Below, in pieces: positions 37,501 through 51,653 of a DNA stretch of 64,000 nt. The DNA lies in the NCBI RefSeq assembly GCF_006345805.1, contig NC_043003.1, forward strand, positions 71,486,001 to 71,550,000. Direction: 5' to 3'. Each line of letters opens with the position of its first letter. Within the stretch, counting starts at the first letter, position 1. The notes beneath the pieces were generated by a model. The model saw nothing but the letters and a program-made list of their open reading frames with translations, did not search any database and was not told the origin of the DNA. The translations under genes and the position numbers were made by a program. Source of the DNA: Octopus sinensis. Its lineage: Eukaryota.

Positions 37501-39617
37501 TCTATTCCTTGGCTATGCAAAGGATTAAAAATGAAGCATTTATTTATAGCAAATTTGAACAAAAGTTGCAAGTTCAATTCTTGATCTAGCTGAAGAATAT
37601 CTCCTGCAGAAAGACTGGAGAAAATTACAACTGAAATGTTGTTAGCAGCAAATCCAAGACAAAGAAAATAATCTGTGAGACAAACATCAATAGAAAGTAT
37701 TATGAAAAACTCTTAAGCTTATCTTTCAATCATTTTGTCATGTTTATTTTCAAATACTTATACACTTTGTTCTGTTTTCTTTGTTTCTGTGCTTATCTGA
37801 ATATTATACTTCTTAGATCATATGAAGAACAACTGATGTTCAACATTTGATTACACTTTTGAATAATCTACACAAGAATAAAAATTGCTTATAAATGCAA
37901 TTTTATTTGGCCCAGCAAGATATTTTCTAAGTACATTATTTGACAGAAGTGCAATAGATATTAGCAATCTTCACCAAACATCACAACTTCTTAAGAATAT
38001 TAAGCACTTTGATATTTGGGTTTCTATTTATTTATTTATCTGGTTTAGAATAATAATTTTCATCTTGTTTTAATGTTTTATACCTTTTTGCAATATTGGA
38101 GCTACCTTATTTAATAGCAGCAATCTTCTCTCATAAGAAAGTAAAACCTTTTGATAGTTAATCCTATCCATATTTAAGATTTTTCACTACTAAACAGCTT
38201 TCTTTTTAAAACCATTTTTATTATTAATTCTTCCAAGTTACTTTTTGACATAACTTTCAACCTTCTGCTGATATCTGCTAATATGCTGAAGTTTATTGCT
38301 GTACCATTTAGAAAGTTTATTGAAGCTAGCACATAAATAGTTGGCAGATAAATCTTAGTGTTCTTGTTCTTGAGAATAGATATTATTCATGTGTCATTTT
38401 TAGTTTCTGAAACAGACACTACTTAAATACCTTGTAAACATTTTACAGAATGCTAGTCAGGTATTTTAATCAAAGTCTAACTTTGAGTATTAATTCTTAA
38501 GGATAAATTGTAAGACATTGTGAACTTCAGTCATTACCTGTTAATTTTTTTTAAGTTCATTTCTTTTTATTTGTTGCATGTTTTTTTTAAGATTTTATTT
38601 TTTAAACTTAATTACTATTGAACACCTGATTTAATTACTCTAAGATACTCAATTACTTTATGTTTGTGCCTAGTACTCTGAAAGGTTGTGTATTGAAAGT
38701 CTCAGAATTTGCTTATATTATCTTAGTTTTATTAAGTAGGAGAAAGGGCAGTATCCAAAATCCTGTGCTTTTTCAGAGTCACCAACATTCAAAGGAAGAA
38801 GTTAATCTTTAATCCACAGACATATCCCAAATGTTTACAACAAGGTGAACCTCACTAAAAACACCCAAGAACCAAATAGTATTGTGTGCATCTTTTTTAA
38901 CTTTGGAATCCTGTTAATTTCTGTTAGCCCTTTTCAGTAATACTTTTGTTTCCAAAATAAGCTAATTTGTGAACATTAGGCTTGTATTTCTACTATAGAT
39001 TCTCAATGTTGAGATGTTAGGGACTTCATTTTCATTTCCATCAGCAGAGGTTTTTTTTTTTCCAGATGCAGCAGTGTATGAGATTTTATTTCCACAGGGG
39101 TCTCTATTTCAAACGTGATAACATGTCTTAAAAGTAGAAATTTGCTTTCCCAAAACTTTTGATGAGTTTTATTAGATATAATAACTTAAAAATTATACAA
39201 TCTTTCGCAGTCATCCAAGTTTACAGTGACAATACTTAATTAGGAACTAGGGAAACTAATGTGTCAGGAGAGTAAATGTGGAATCTGATGGAAGGTAACT
39301 GTTGATAGAGCTGAAAGACAACTGCTATCAATGTAAACTAAGAGCCCGTTAAAATCAGTATTGTAGAAGGTTATTTTGATTATCTGTAAACTGGTTGGAA
39401 AGAGGCAACATTGCCAGAAAACTTAGAAACAAAGTTCATAGTTAATATGCATAGCTACATTTCGTTCCAACATATGCTGCATTTTGGGTTCAACCTGTCT
39501 TCTGAACTGAAATAGCTACAATATAACTTGACAACTTTTAACAAATATGAGATACAGCTTAAATCTGGAGGATTCAAAAGTATTTCCTAATATAATAATG
39601 AGCGTAGTGTTTTTATA

Positions 39618-39820
39618 TCATCATCATCATCATCATCATTTAGCGTCCGTTTTCCATGCTAGCATGGGTTGGACGGTTCTACTGGGGTCTGTGAATCCAG
39701 AAGTCTTCATCAGGCCCAGTCAAATCTGGCAGTGTTTCTACGGCTGGATGCCCTTCCTAACGCCAACCACTCCGTGAGTGTAGTGGGTGCTTTTTACGTG
39801 CCACCCGCACTGGTGCCAGA
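39618..39820 (-). mobile_element. RTE 3' end
   Basis: (CAT)n followed by tttagcgtccgtttccatgctagcatggg... Confidence 0.85.
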
Positions 39821-40305
39821 CAGATATTGTATAAATATATATTTGTCTAAAATCATGCAGTAGGAGTGAATGGTGAAGGGAGAGGAGAGAAAATAGTAAT
39901 TCAGTGAAGGAGAAGTAGTGAGAGCAATAGCGATGATTGAGAGGGAGTGAGAGAAGGTAATAGCAATGAGAGAGAGGAAGTGGCAAAGAGAGCATCATGT
40001 ATCTTCTACTATAATAATACACTTGTGTATTTCTCTGTCACAACATATGAATGAGAAAGGAATGGGTGATCCACTTATGAAAGTGGGATGGTGAAAAGTC
40101 ATCGGTGAAACAAAAATCAAACAGCGCTTCAACTCTGTGTGAGTATATATGTGTGCATGTAAAGGAAGGAATGTGAATGTTTGTTTAAAATATATTTATA
40201 TATTTGAGTGAGTGTATATGTTTGTGTATGTTTATTTAGAAATATACATAGAAAATAGAATTACAGACACATGCACATTTACACACACACACACACATAT
40301 ATATA

Positions 40306-40709
40306 CTCTTTTACTGTTTTACTTGTTTCAGTCATTTGACTGTGGCCATGCTGGAGCACCGCCTTTAGTCGAACAAATCGACCCCGGGACTTATTCTTTG
40401 TAAGCCCAGTACTTATTCTATCGGTCTCTTTTTGCCAAACCGCTAAGTGACGGGGACGTAAACACACCAGCATCGGTTGTCAAGCAATGCTAGGGGGACA
40501 AACACAGACACACAAACACACACACATACATATATATATACATATATACGACAGGCTTCTTTCAGTTTCTGTCTACCAAATCCACTCAGAAGGCTTTGGT
40601 CGGCCCGGGGCTATAGCAGAAGACACTTGCCCAAGATGCCACGCAGTGGGACTGAACCCGGAACCATGTGGTTGGTTAGCAAGCTACTTACCACACAGCC
40701 ACTCCTGCA

Positions 40710-40711
<2 letters not shown>
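40306..40711 (-). mobile_element. Full-length OK/OR-type SINE
   Basis: Reverse complement of 25804-26210; flanked by (TA)n. Confidence 0.9.
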
Positions 40712-40751
<40 letters not shown>

Positions 40752-43084
40752 GACACACTTAAAAAGGAAGTGGGCAGTGAGAAAGTATAGAAAACTGCAT
40801 TCACTACAGACTGTGCTTCTCATACATATAAATGTATACACATACATGCATGTACACACACACGTGCACACAGCTGAAGCACTGTTTGATTCTTTTTCAC
40901 CTTTTTATATATAAAATACTACAATTAGCTGTCATTTTTGACGATACAGGGCCAGCTAGTTAAGGAATAAGATGCTTCAATAACAAATCAGCAATGACCT
41001 TTTTCATAGGTCACCATGGTGCAAGGGAGGGAGTAAAGAAATCTTCAGACTGAAGACCTGGCCTGAATGCTTGCAACAGAGAGGACTCTACTAAGGTTGC
41101 TCAAGGACCAAAGTGGCAAAATGGTAGAATTATTAGAGCATAAAATAAAATGCTTTGTGGAATTTGTTCCAGCTCATTGTTTTTAGGGATAAAATTTTAT
41201 TGAGGTCACTTTTGTCTTTCAACCTTCCATAGCTAATAAGTAAAACTCCAACCCAGAATGATGGATTGATAAAATTGTCTGGGCAACAGACGGGATAACT
41301 TGTGGTACTTGTTCGGGCTGTTTGTTTTATGAGTTCTTGAGTGGTACACAAAGTTCATCACCCAGTTTTAATGCCACGACCAAGTCTTTGGGCACCTCTG
41401 TTGTTCAGAGATTAGTGTTAGACTTCTATGAGTCTAACTCGTTGAACAAAAACAGGGTCAATGACACTACACTTTTCTCACTAAGTGGTAAACAAAAGGT
41501 GATGTTATTAAACCTGGGTAACAGCTTAAGTCAAATACAAGAAAGAGTTGGGAATATATGGCAAACACATGAGAACAAGAGATAAATGTCTATACTTCTT
41601 AAAAAAAAAATATTGAAATTAAATATGGAGGCAAGTCATTAGGATTAATGAATAACAAACTGCAGATATCGAATTCATTCAAGACACAAAAAGCAGGAAG
41701 GGGTCTAAAACCAATCTTACACTTTTAGTGAACCAAAAACAAAAGGAAGTCACTTGTTATGTTGAAATGAATAAAAAACTAAAGCAGCAAAACTGAATTT
41801 ACTTTATAGTCAATTGAAGAAAGTAAGATTTAGAAATATGCAAAAACAACAGCAATGAAATATAACATGAAATTAAGTAACCTGACAATCATGAAAGAGA
41901 TGGAGGGAAACAGAAATATTTTAATATTGGAATGTTTGGTGCTCTTAACACCACCAGTCCAACTGATCACATCACAAACAAAAATGTCTCATTTACAAAC
42001 TTAGTTATTTTAAATAAGAATACAGGAGTTTTAAATGTCAAGATAAAATATATAACTATAAAAGTACTACTCCAAACTTATTTAATTTGTAAAATATATG
42101 AAAGTGAATGGTAGTGTTCCTGAATGAGAAACTTGTGATTCTTTGCTCAGAGGAAAATAACCAGAAATTTTTTGTTTTATTAGGTGCTCTAAGAAGTTAG
42201 TGTTTATATCTTCATCAAACCCTATAAGATGGAATATTCAAGGAGAGTTGGGAGAAGTTTACATGGTTATAAGCAGCAAGGCATGTAGAATTTTGCATTT
42301 ATATATTTTCTCCTATTGAATTAAGAATTTATAAGAAATATTGATCTAATTTATGCCATGTGTTCATTTGATAGAATTATTTAGCCTTGAGCTAACTTGA
42401 CTTTTTTCATAGAAAATCAGTTCTATAAATTTTTCCAGGAATGACTTGTCAAAGTGTTTAAATTAATATTCTTGGTGAACAAAGATGTCACCAGTGAAAC
42501 TTCTGTTGAATTGGTAAAAAGAATGTAGAACACAGCATGCTGATAATTCTAAAGTGTAATAAATAAATTGACTGTCAGTATTTCTCAAAATTAAAAACCA
42601 TAATTTATAATTTTGTATGACAGCTTCCCAAAAGAACAATGATTTTTAAAAATTCTTTAATCAGGCGGAAGCTTACTGGCCCATGATCCTTTTCAGAGCC
42701 TCTGAAATTGGTGGCAGGGAGGATGGTATCCTCAAACTAGAGACCTGGCCTTGCGATGGAGTAAAATCCATGTGGTAGTGTTAAACAATGCACTGAGGCA
42801 AGTCTACCACCTCAGCAAGATATGATGGGATTTGAACTCAAAACACAAAGAATCCACAACAAATATTGCAAGGCATCTTGTCTAATACTCTAACAATCAT
42901 GCTAGTTTACTGCCCAAAACAAAATAAGACACTCCAGTCCATACTTCATGATTGAGTGATTAGCAACAGGAAGGTTATGCACATATATATGCATATATGT
43001 GTGAGTACGTATATGAAATATCTGTAGGTATACATGTATGTAAGGGAGCTATGTGTGCAAGTATAGTTTGTTAAGGTATACATA

Positions 43085-43590
43085 AAAATAATCAGGAACA
43101 AGGATGTGTCCGTGTATTGTTTATTTCACTTCAATCAGCTGTGCTGTGAGGTTAAGTACAATTGGCCATTTAAATCCCCAAACTCTTTTACTGCCAAACC
43201 AGAAGTCCCTTCTTTGTGGATCAGCTTGCTAGCTAGCCTGCAGTGAAGGCCCCTGTTTACAGTTCACCTGTTATGAGTCCATAGGCAGTGCCCTACATAT
43301 AGCTCTATCTTAGATCTGTTGACTGTCACTGAAACCGGGAATGTATTTTAACCACCCTGTCCATGTATGTAGCTACTTGGCTCTTTAGAAACTGTTCATT
43401 GTCAGGGGTTGGTGTGATTTGCCCAGGGTGGCCTTTGGTGGTTGAGCTACTTGCACAGGGTGTCAATATCAAGATGAGCTGGTTTCAAACTACTGATAGA
43501 AACTAAATCTTGTTGTCTACCAATCAGGAGTTGAAATGACTTGTCTCCTGGATGTATCACTTCATATGGGCCATCATATAAAAGGTTGTT
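43085..43590 (-). mobile_element. Ty3/Gypsy integrase C-terminus plus possible 3' LTR
   Basis: YDGPYEVIHPGDKSFQL...VSISSLKPAH is the GPY/F module; a putative LTR starts tgtagggc near 43298 and contains aataaa. Confidence 0.65.
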
Positions 43591-43886
43591 ATTGTTGTCA
43601 GTAGTTCCAGGTAGCTGTGTTTCAATGACTCCTAACAGTTGTCTAAAGAACTGTGTTATTGTTGCCACTTCATTGTATCTAGTGTAAAATACGTACTAGT
43701 AATTAGGATTTGAAACTTTTTCAAAGTCACTACACTCAGTAAATCAAACAGCTATATTACAGCTTTTGAGTTATAAATTAAATAAAAGAAATCTTTTTCC
43801 ATCATGCTGAGAATCATGGTTTCTCAGAAATCTAACTGGTAAACAACAAATAACTTCACTGAGTTCAATAGAAAGAACAACCAAAT

Positions 43887-43940
<54 letters not shown>

Positions 43941-44034
43941 GAAAGTGTATGTTTAAGTATATGTATGAGAAAATGTGTGTGGGTAAACTTGTGTGAGTAT
44001 ATATGTGTATGTGAACATGTGTGTAGTGTTCTAG

Positions 44035-44385
44035 AGCTCCAATGCAGATATCATATACCTTGACTTCAGCAAAACCTTTGATAGGGTTGATCACTGCATC
44101 CTGTTAACGAAACTGTCCAACATTGGAGTTCGAAGAAAATTGTTAACTTGGACTAAATGTTTTCTGATGAACAGAACTCAACATGTGGTGACAGATGGTG
44201 TCCAATCGACCTCAGCCAGGGTTATAAGTAGAGTCCCACAAGGCATGCTCCTTTTTATAATTTTTATTAACGGCATCACTGTCATCATCAAATATAGTAG
44301 CATGCATATTTTTGCAAATGATTTTAAGTTATTGAAGGTTGTTGACTGGGTTGAAGACCAGACAAATCTTCAATCTGAGGAGTGG
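44035..44385 (+). mobile_element. CR1-type LINE RT fragment
   Basis: Reads ADIIYLDFSKTFDRVDH..LLTKL...RTQHVV..G...VPQG..LFIIFIN...IFAND. Confidence 0.85.
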
Positions 44386-44799
44386 AAGAGATAACAGGAG
44401 GCACAGAAAGGGGTGATCAGCAATGATAATGTAGGAAGGAATGAAAATGAGAATGAAGGATGAATGCTAATAGGCAGTGTTTCCAGAGGAAGAAGGAAGC
44501 AACTGATAGCACAAAAATGCTTCTGCTCTCAGATGATAACTACAGTCAAAGGGAGATGGAGGAATGGGTGTTGTGAGGTTGAAACATAGGGAATGAGGAA
44601 GATTTGGTAGAGGGACAGGCTCCAGCACATACAAGTATAAACAAAATGTTCTTAGGACTTCATTTTCACTGTGATGGACAGGGCTTTTTGAACACAGCAA
44701 ATCACTAATCATTTTGGTTTTTTTGTCATTTCCTCCATGAAACTCAACATCTTGACCAGTGGCTTTTCTTGTCATCTTCTATTGCATTTCTTCCTGGCT

Positions 44800-46440
44800 C
44801 TCTCTCTCTCTTCCACAAATGCCATCCACTTTAAGCAATCAGCACTTCTTCATACAGCTGTTCTCATCCATATACAACACATGATCAAACCAGTGCAATC
44901 TTTTCTCTTGCATGCTACATTTGATTGCACTTATGCATGACTTTTCTCTCAATTTATTTTGATGTACATGCATATTGACACTACACAGCCAACTAGCTTT
45001 GTTTCTCTCTCAGTCTTTGCATTTCCTCAGCATTCAGAGCCCATGTCTCACTAACATGTAGCATTACTGTCTGTATACGAGCATAGATCTGCCTTTCACT
45101 CTAAGAAATCTTTTATTGTCAACAGAACTTCCTCCATCATATTCTTATTCTAGCAACTATACTTTCTATTTTCAGAACATCCCCCTCCTCTGCTAGTTAG
45201 ATCACCTATGTAACAAAAATTTTCTACTGGCTTTAGGGAGCCTCCAGGGCATTTGAGAAAATCTATTTCCTGTGACCCATAAGTGTTTATCACTCCTTCA
45301 TACCTTCTACATACAAAGGCTGCTTTCTCTGCTAACCTTCCAGTGATTTGATTGCACCTCTTGTGTATTCATAGCTTGCACTGGCACACTATATGGAATT
45401 TCTGCCTACACCATTCCTTCATACTGAGCAAGGCTCTTTACCTGATAGATGTAGAGTCCTTTTTGTTTTCCTGCTTACTAGAAGTTTGGTCTTTGCTATG
45501 TTAACATTAAGGCTCTTTGATTCCAGGTTTTGCTTCCACACTAGGAATTTCTTGTCTAATTCTACTAATTCTGCAAGAATGAGATCACAGCTGGTCTTGA
45601 ATTCTTCTGTTATGACTTGGAGGACAACTATGAATAGGAGGAGACCCAAAACTGAGTCCTGATAAATTATCTATACACTAAATTTGTCACTATATTTGTG
45701 GTTGACTCATTTTATTGACAGCACTTCTGTATATAGCTTGGACAGTTTTCACCAGCGATTCATCTACCCCAGCTTCTTTAGGAACCACCAGATGACAGAA
45801 CAAGAGACTTTTCTGAAGGCTTTTCTGTGTCAATGAGTGCCAAGTACAAATAAATACTTCTCTTGCTGTTGTCTTACTAAGAGAATGACATCAGTGGTAC
45901 TTCTCCCTGGCACAAAACTAAACTGCAACCCATCTAACCTAATACTGTTCCAAATGAATTAGGCTGTAACTCACTCAATAACTTTCATAACCTGGTCCAG
46001 CAATTTTATACTTCAGTAATTATTTCTATATAAGGCATCTCATTTACTCTTATAACAGTTAACTATAATGCTGCCGTACCAGTCACTTCCTATACAACCT
46101 GATTAATTATATGGATGACTAAGTAGAATCCTACTTTGACAGATATTTTAAGTATCTCAGTGGCGATTCTTGATGGACCAGTGGCTTTTCCTGTCATCGT
46201 ATCCTTAATTGTCTTATCTGTCGTACTGTTGTCAACTCAAGTAACTGGTCCCTCTGTTGGGTCCATGTTGAGAAGAGCCTCTTTTTCCCAAACATTCTCT
46301 ATAAATAGCCTTTCAGAGTAGCATTCCTATGCATCTTTCTTTTCAACATAACTAAATGTAATGATACCATTATCCATCTATACACACTTTTCACCTACAC
46401 TGTCTTGCAATTCAGAATTTCTCACACTTCTGGTCCTCAC
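44800..46440 (-). mobile_element. Older RTE LINE RT region
   Basis: GKATGPSRI, LQFSFVPGRSTTDV, LLFIVVLQVITEEFKT, VNIAKTKLL, plus a Cys-rich insert; many stops. Confidence 0.8.
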
Positions 46441-46514
46441 ACTACATAAATACATACACACATTTGTGTGTATATCTATTTATGTCTGTATGTATGTGTG
46501 TGTGTGTGTATAAT

Positions 46515-46910
46515 CTTCATTTAATGCCTTCTTTCCATGCTGGCATGGGCTTTGGCATGGGTTTCACTGAAAACTGGCAAGTTGGGGAGCTGCACCAGGT
46601 TCCAGTCTGATTTGGCATGGTTGCCCTTCCTAACACCAACCACTTCAAGAGTGTAGTGGGTGCTTTTTATGTGAGACCAGAACACGGTGCCATTGATGTA
46701 ACACTGGCATTGGCCACAACTACATTTTCACTTGGTTTGACAAGTCTTCACAAGCACAATATATCGCCAAAGGTCCTGGTCATCTGTCACTGCCTCCATG
46801 AAGACCAATGCTTGAATGATGCTTTTTACATGCCACCAGCACAAGTACCAGTCAGACGGAACTGGCATCGGCCACGACTACGATTTCACTTGGCTTGACA
46901 GGTCTTCTCA
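46515..46910 (-). mobile_element. RTE 3' UTR, diverged
   Basis: tttccatgctggcatggg...gcccttcctaacaccaaccac...ggtgctttttatgtg. Confidence 0.75.
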
Positions 46911-47490
46911 TGTATTTGTGTACATCAGTAATATATAAGTGCATGTGTGTGTGTGTGTGGAAGGGGGTGGTCTGTCTCAAAAACTCCCAAGTTGAGTAAC
47001 GTTTTCATGCTTGGATTTGTAAACTACAATAAGAATAACACTGGTCTACAAAGAATTTATCCGAAGAAAAAGAATATCTGTATCTTATATGTTTTTGTGA
47101 AATGTTCTTAATTAGCAACGCACCTTTTATTATTAATGCTGAATTACTGATTATATTTACACTAATTAATGTTGGGAGAAATTAACCTTAATTTGCAATA
47201 AAAACACTTTTAAAGATAATAAGAAATGTTCGAAGAACCCAAATGTTGAAAAAGTTAATATTATGTTGGAAGAAATACACACACATACATTTGTTTCCAA
47301 ACTTAATTTCTTGGTGGGTGGGAAAAAAATTGTTTTGGATCAAAGAAGGGAAAAGTGGAGATGCGAGGTCACGCTTGGGTTTGTTTGATTCCCACACACA
47401 CATGATAAAGAAAAGTATATTTGAACAACTTATAAATATTATCTACCATGAACAATATATATATATTGTTTATGGTAGAAATATATACAT

Positions 47491-47546
<56 letters not shown>

Positions 47547-47721
47547 CATGGTAGAAATATATACATACATATATGTACACTGATTTGTTCTGCTTTTTTA
47601 TGTTTAACCCTACAGTCTCTTATGTGGTGGTTTAATAAAGTATGTGATTGAGTATTATCTGGTAATTGATATTTGATTTAGATGTATTTCTCCATTTTCT
47701 TATCTTGTATACATATATATA

Positions 47722-48090
47722 TCATCATCATCATCATTTAGCGTCTGCTTTCCATGCTAGCATGGGTTGGACAGTTCAACTGAGGTCTGTGAAGCCAGAA
47801 GGCTGCATCAGGCCCAGTCTAATCTGGCAGTGTTTCTACGGCTGGATGCCCTTCCTAACGCCAACCACTCCGTGAGTGTAGTGGGTGCTTTTTACGTGCC
47901 ACCCGCACAGGTGCCAGACGGAGCTGGCAAACGGCCATGAATGGATGGTGCTTTTACGTGCCAATGGCATGGGAGCCAGGCGAGGCTGGCAACGGACACG
48001 AGCAGATGGTGCTTTTACGTGCCACCAGCATGGGGGCCAGGCGAGGCTGGCAACGGACATGAACGGATGGTGCTTTTTATGTGCCACCAA
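47722..48090 (-). mobile_element. RTE 3' end with four ~61-bp UTR repeats
   Basis: (CAT)n tail; ggtgctttt(t)acgtgcc-type units at 47884, 47947, 48008 and 48069. Confidence 0.85.
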
Positions 48091-48157
48091 TATATATATA
48101 TTGTTCATAGTAGAAATATATACATACACACACACACAAATATATATATATATATAA

Positions 48158-48360
48158 AGTTAATCCAAGCATAAAAACACAACAATGCGAGGACGTGGAA
48201 CAAATATAGTATTATTGGATGCTCAGGAAGGAAGGGAAGAGGGAGGGTTTTACGTTTCAAGTGGAGCTCTTTGTCAGAAACATAGGAAAAGGAAAGATCC
48301 AGAGAAGGGAAGACGGAGGAAAAAAATCGCCAACGGTACACATGCGGTCACATTTTGAAT
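48158..48360 (-). mobile_element. Solo pLTR-like unit in (TA)n with a minimal hammerhead (48247-48281)
   Basis: Minus strand: gttt-ctgacaa-agagctccactt-GAAAC-GTA-aaac; the CpG positions appear decayed. Confidence 0.6.
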
Positions 48361-48589
48361 ATATATATATATATATATATATTGTTTATATATACACCAC
48401 ATGTACTTTGGACATTGGTTTCTGTGGAAGTTTTCTTCCTTAGAAGCTTCGTTGTCAGGACAAAGTTATAGAATTTAAAAGAAACATGGAAGAATCGCGA
48501 TGGAGTGTTTGTTCTTACTCATTTAAGAGATGCATGATTGTCACACAATTCCACCTCAGCCATGTCTTCATACAGACACACACACACCC

Positions 48590-49340
48590 AACTATACTTT
48601 ATGTAAGTCTGTGTTTGATATACCTGGTGTGGATAACCAGCCAAATCGAGAGCAACCTTGGTATTTAATATATGTAACAATACAGTTATAAGTACCACCA
48701 GGGCACAGGTACCTATACATCATGTAAGTTTATGCTCAATATAACCGACATGGGTTATATTGTAGGTTACCTTGGTAATTAATATATATAATAATGCAAT
48801 TATAGATGGTTTTATGTTTGTCACAATGATATGTACCACCAGGGTGCCACCAAGCTTATTGAATATAAGATGGCTGTTTTTCCTGAGATGTATATTAAAT
48901 AACATACAGATGTCTGTACTTTGTGTAAGTTTGTGCTCAATATAAACAGGCGTAGATAGCCAATCAAGTTGGGAGCCAACTTAGTATTTAAAATGCTAAC
49001 ACACAGAAGCATGGGAAAATATGTAATATACTAACACACAGAAAAATTAAAACAAAACACGTGGGTGAAAAGAATCATGTAGTGTGAAAAATCAACATAG
49101 ACAACGGCAGCACAAACAACAGTGAACCACAATGCAGCATATGGTTGTCATGGTAACAAGCTGCTAATGCCACACTGTCTGTTGGTTGGCTAAAATTACC
49201 CAAATTTCCTAACTTTAATGCCAAATAACATCAGATTCTTTAATTTATGAGATAAAGTAATTGGTTGATCGTAATCAAAATTCAGAGTTGCATCGACACA
49301 CCAAAATTGAAAGTGATCTGAACAAAATTAAGAGGGCTCA
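48590..49340 (+). repeat. HINE-like repeat with three diverged internal units
   Basis: tgtaagt.t.tg...atata units near 48600, 48722 and 48924. Confidence 0.45.
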
Positions 49341-49819
49341 ATTTGCAAATGAGAAAGACTAGATCCTTTTAATATCTTATTTTAACTTTGATCTTTTACT
49401 TTCCTTCCAGTATTGGGACCATTACCCTCTTATCATAACCAATGGTTATTGGTAGTGTTATTTCTGTTACTATTTTGGAAGATTATCATACTGTTATTTT
49501 ATTAATATTATTGGTATTGATCTTGATGTAGTTGATGTTGATAACAGCACATTTGAATTATCTTGCTTCCATTTCAAAACTATTCCCTGAGTATATGGTT
49601 CTTATTCATTGCATAATAGTGGCATGTTGTAAAAATTTCTGAAGCAACTGTAGGAATGAAAAATTGAAATATCACTGACGTTGTTTACTGTTATTCTTTG
49701 AAATGTATTTGGAACTATGCATATGTTATAACCTATTTTGACAGTGTAGGCTGTGCTTTAATGGAACTGGGTATTTGTCAAGTATCCAAATCCCTTTGTA
49801 ACACAGAATACAATTATCA

Positions 49820-49970
49820 GCATTTAATGTCTCTTTTACCATGTTGGCATGGGTTGGACACTTTGAGAAGAGACAAGCCAGTGGACTCTGCCAGGTTCTA
49901 TGTCTACTTTGACATGATTTCTACAACTAGGTACTCTTCCTAATGCCAATCACTTAACAGTGTACTGGGA
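49820..49970 (-). mobile_element. Old RTE 3' end
   Basis: catttaatgtctcttttaccatgttggcatgggttggac...cttcctaatgccaatcac. Confidence 0.65.
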
Positions 49971-50450
49971 GCTTATTTTTTTCTTTTGTCTTGCAGGGAC
50001 TTGGCAACCTCACTGGTTGCCAAGTACCTGCAAGATAAGACCCCTTAACTGAGCAAGGTATAGACTGGAGAAAGAAACTACGATAGAGGGAGAGAAGCAG
50101 ATTTCTTGCTGAAGAGATGAATACACGGCTTACTCACCTGGAAAGTGAAAGAGAGAAAGGAATAAAGAGATATGAGGTCCTAGTACAATGTGAATATGAG
50201 ACAGAATAGGAAGTCCTCTGAGTGAAAATAGTGTAACTGATGATTAGGGATAGGGAATGAGCTAGATGCTGAGGATATAGGTTCAGTATAGGGAGAGGTG
50301 AAGAAAATAGAAGTTGAGCTGTGGAAGAAGGCTAGAGGTAGTGAATGAGAAGAATGTAGAGGATATCAATTCAATGTAGTGAGAAGTGAAAAAAATATAC
50401 ATACATAAATATTATTATATATCATATATCTTACACATTTTAAATATAAT

Positions 50451-50503
<53 letters not shown>

Positions 50504-50639
50504 ATATAAGTAGGTGAATGAATTATCCTATGTTTATCGTCAGCATGGAAAATTCGAGAGTAAAGGAATTTTGTTAACATCTTCGTTTCACTCCATTCTT
50601 TCATTTATTTATATATATATATATAAAATAAATAAATAA

Positions 50640-50888
50640 ATGTGCCCTTTTAAAGCCAAGCCAGGCTCATGGGCCTGGTTTCCCAGTTTCAATGGCGTAC
50701 ATGCTCCCCAGCTGGACAGGATGCCAGTCCATTGCAGCGATACTCATTTTTGCCAGCTGAGTGAACTGGAGCAATGTGAAATGAAGTGTTTTGCTCAAGA
50801 ACACAACGCGTCGTCCGGTCCAGGAATCAAAACTACAATCTTACGATCATGTTGCTGACACCCTAACCACTAAGCCATGCACCTCCAC
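50640..50888 (-). mobile_element. tRNA-derived CORE-like SINE
   Basis: Reverse-similar to the SINE at 12053; gaaatgaagtgttttgctcaagaacacaa core. Confidence 0.8.
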
Positions 50889-50914
50889 TATATATATATA
50901 TATATATATATGCC

Positions 50915-51115
50915 TCGTCTGGCACCTGTGTCGGTGGCACATAAAATCACCCACTACACTCTCGGAGTGGTTGGCGTTAGGAAGGGCATCCAGCTGTAGA
51001 AACACTGCCAGATCTGACTGGCCTGGTGCAGCCTTCGGGCTCGCCAGACCCCAGTTGAACCGTCCAACCCATGCTAGCATGGAAAGCGGACGTTAAACGA
51101 TGATGATGATGATGT
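50915..51115 (+). mobile_element. RTE 3' end
   Basis: ggagtggttggcgttaggaagggcatccagc...cgttaaacgat(gat)n. Confidence 0.85.
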
Positions 51116-51132
51116 ATACCATATATATATAT

Positions 51133-51167
<35 letters not shown>

Positions 51168-51419
51168 ATATATATATATATATGTTATATATATTATATT
51201 ACACATTATAAATATAATATATATATAATTATATATATAGACACATATATATTATACTACATATTATAAATACAATATAATATATATATATATATATATA
51301 TGCATATACATATATATATTATATTACACATTATAAATGTAACATATACATATATATTATATTACATATAAATATAATATATATATCATATATATGTTAT
51401 AATACACATTGTAAATATA

Positions 51420-51452
<33 letters not shown>

Positions 51453-51480
51453 GCGCACACACACATATATATATATATAT
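51115..51480. repeat. Compound (TA)n/(CA)n microsatellite
   Basis: Direct inspection. Confidence 0.9.
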
Positions 51481-51653
51481 CACAGGGATGTAATATATTA
51501 TTATTCCACAGCCATACCAACAATCCAATATATCTTCATCATCAGCTGCTCCATGGCTATTACTATGGTTTCGATACAGTGGTGTCAACAGCACTAAAAT
51601 AAGTGTTGTTTGGTAACAATCTAACCAATATATATAGGAAACCTATATACATG

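Noticed and set aside
41322-41585. 87-aa ORF in unique sequence
   Set aside because: It has a non-ATG start, no motif and no splice support.
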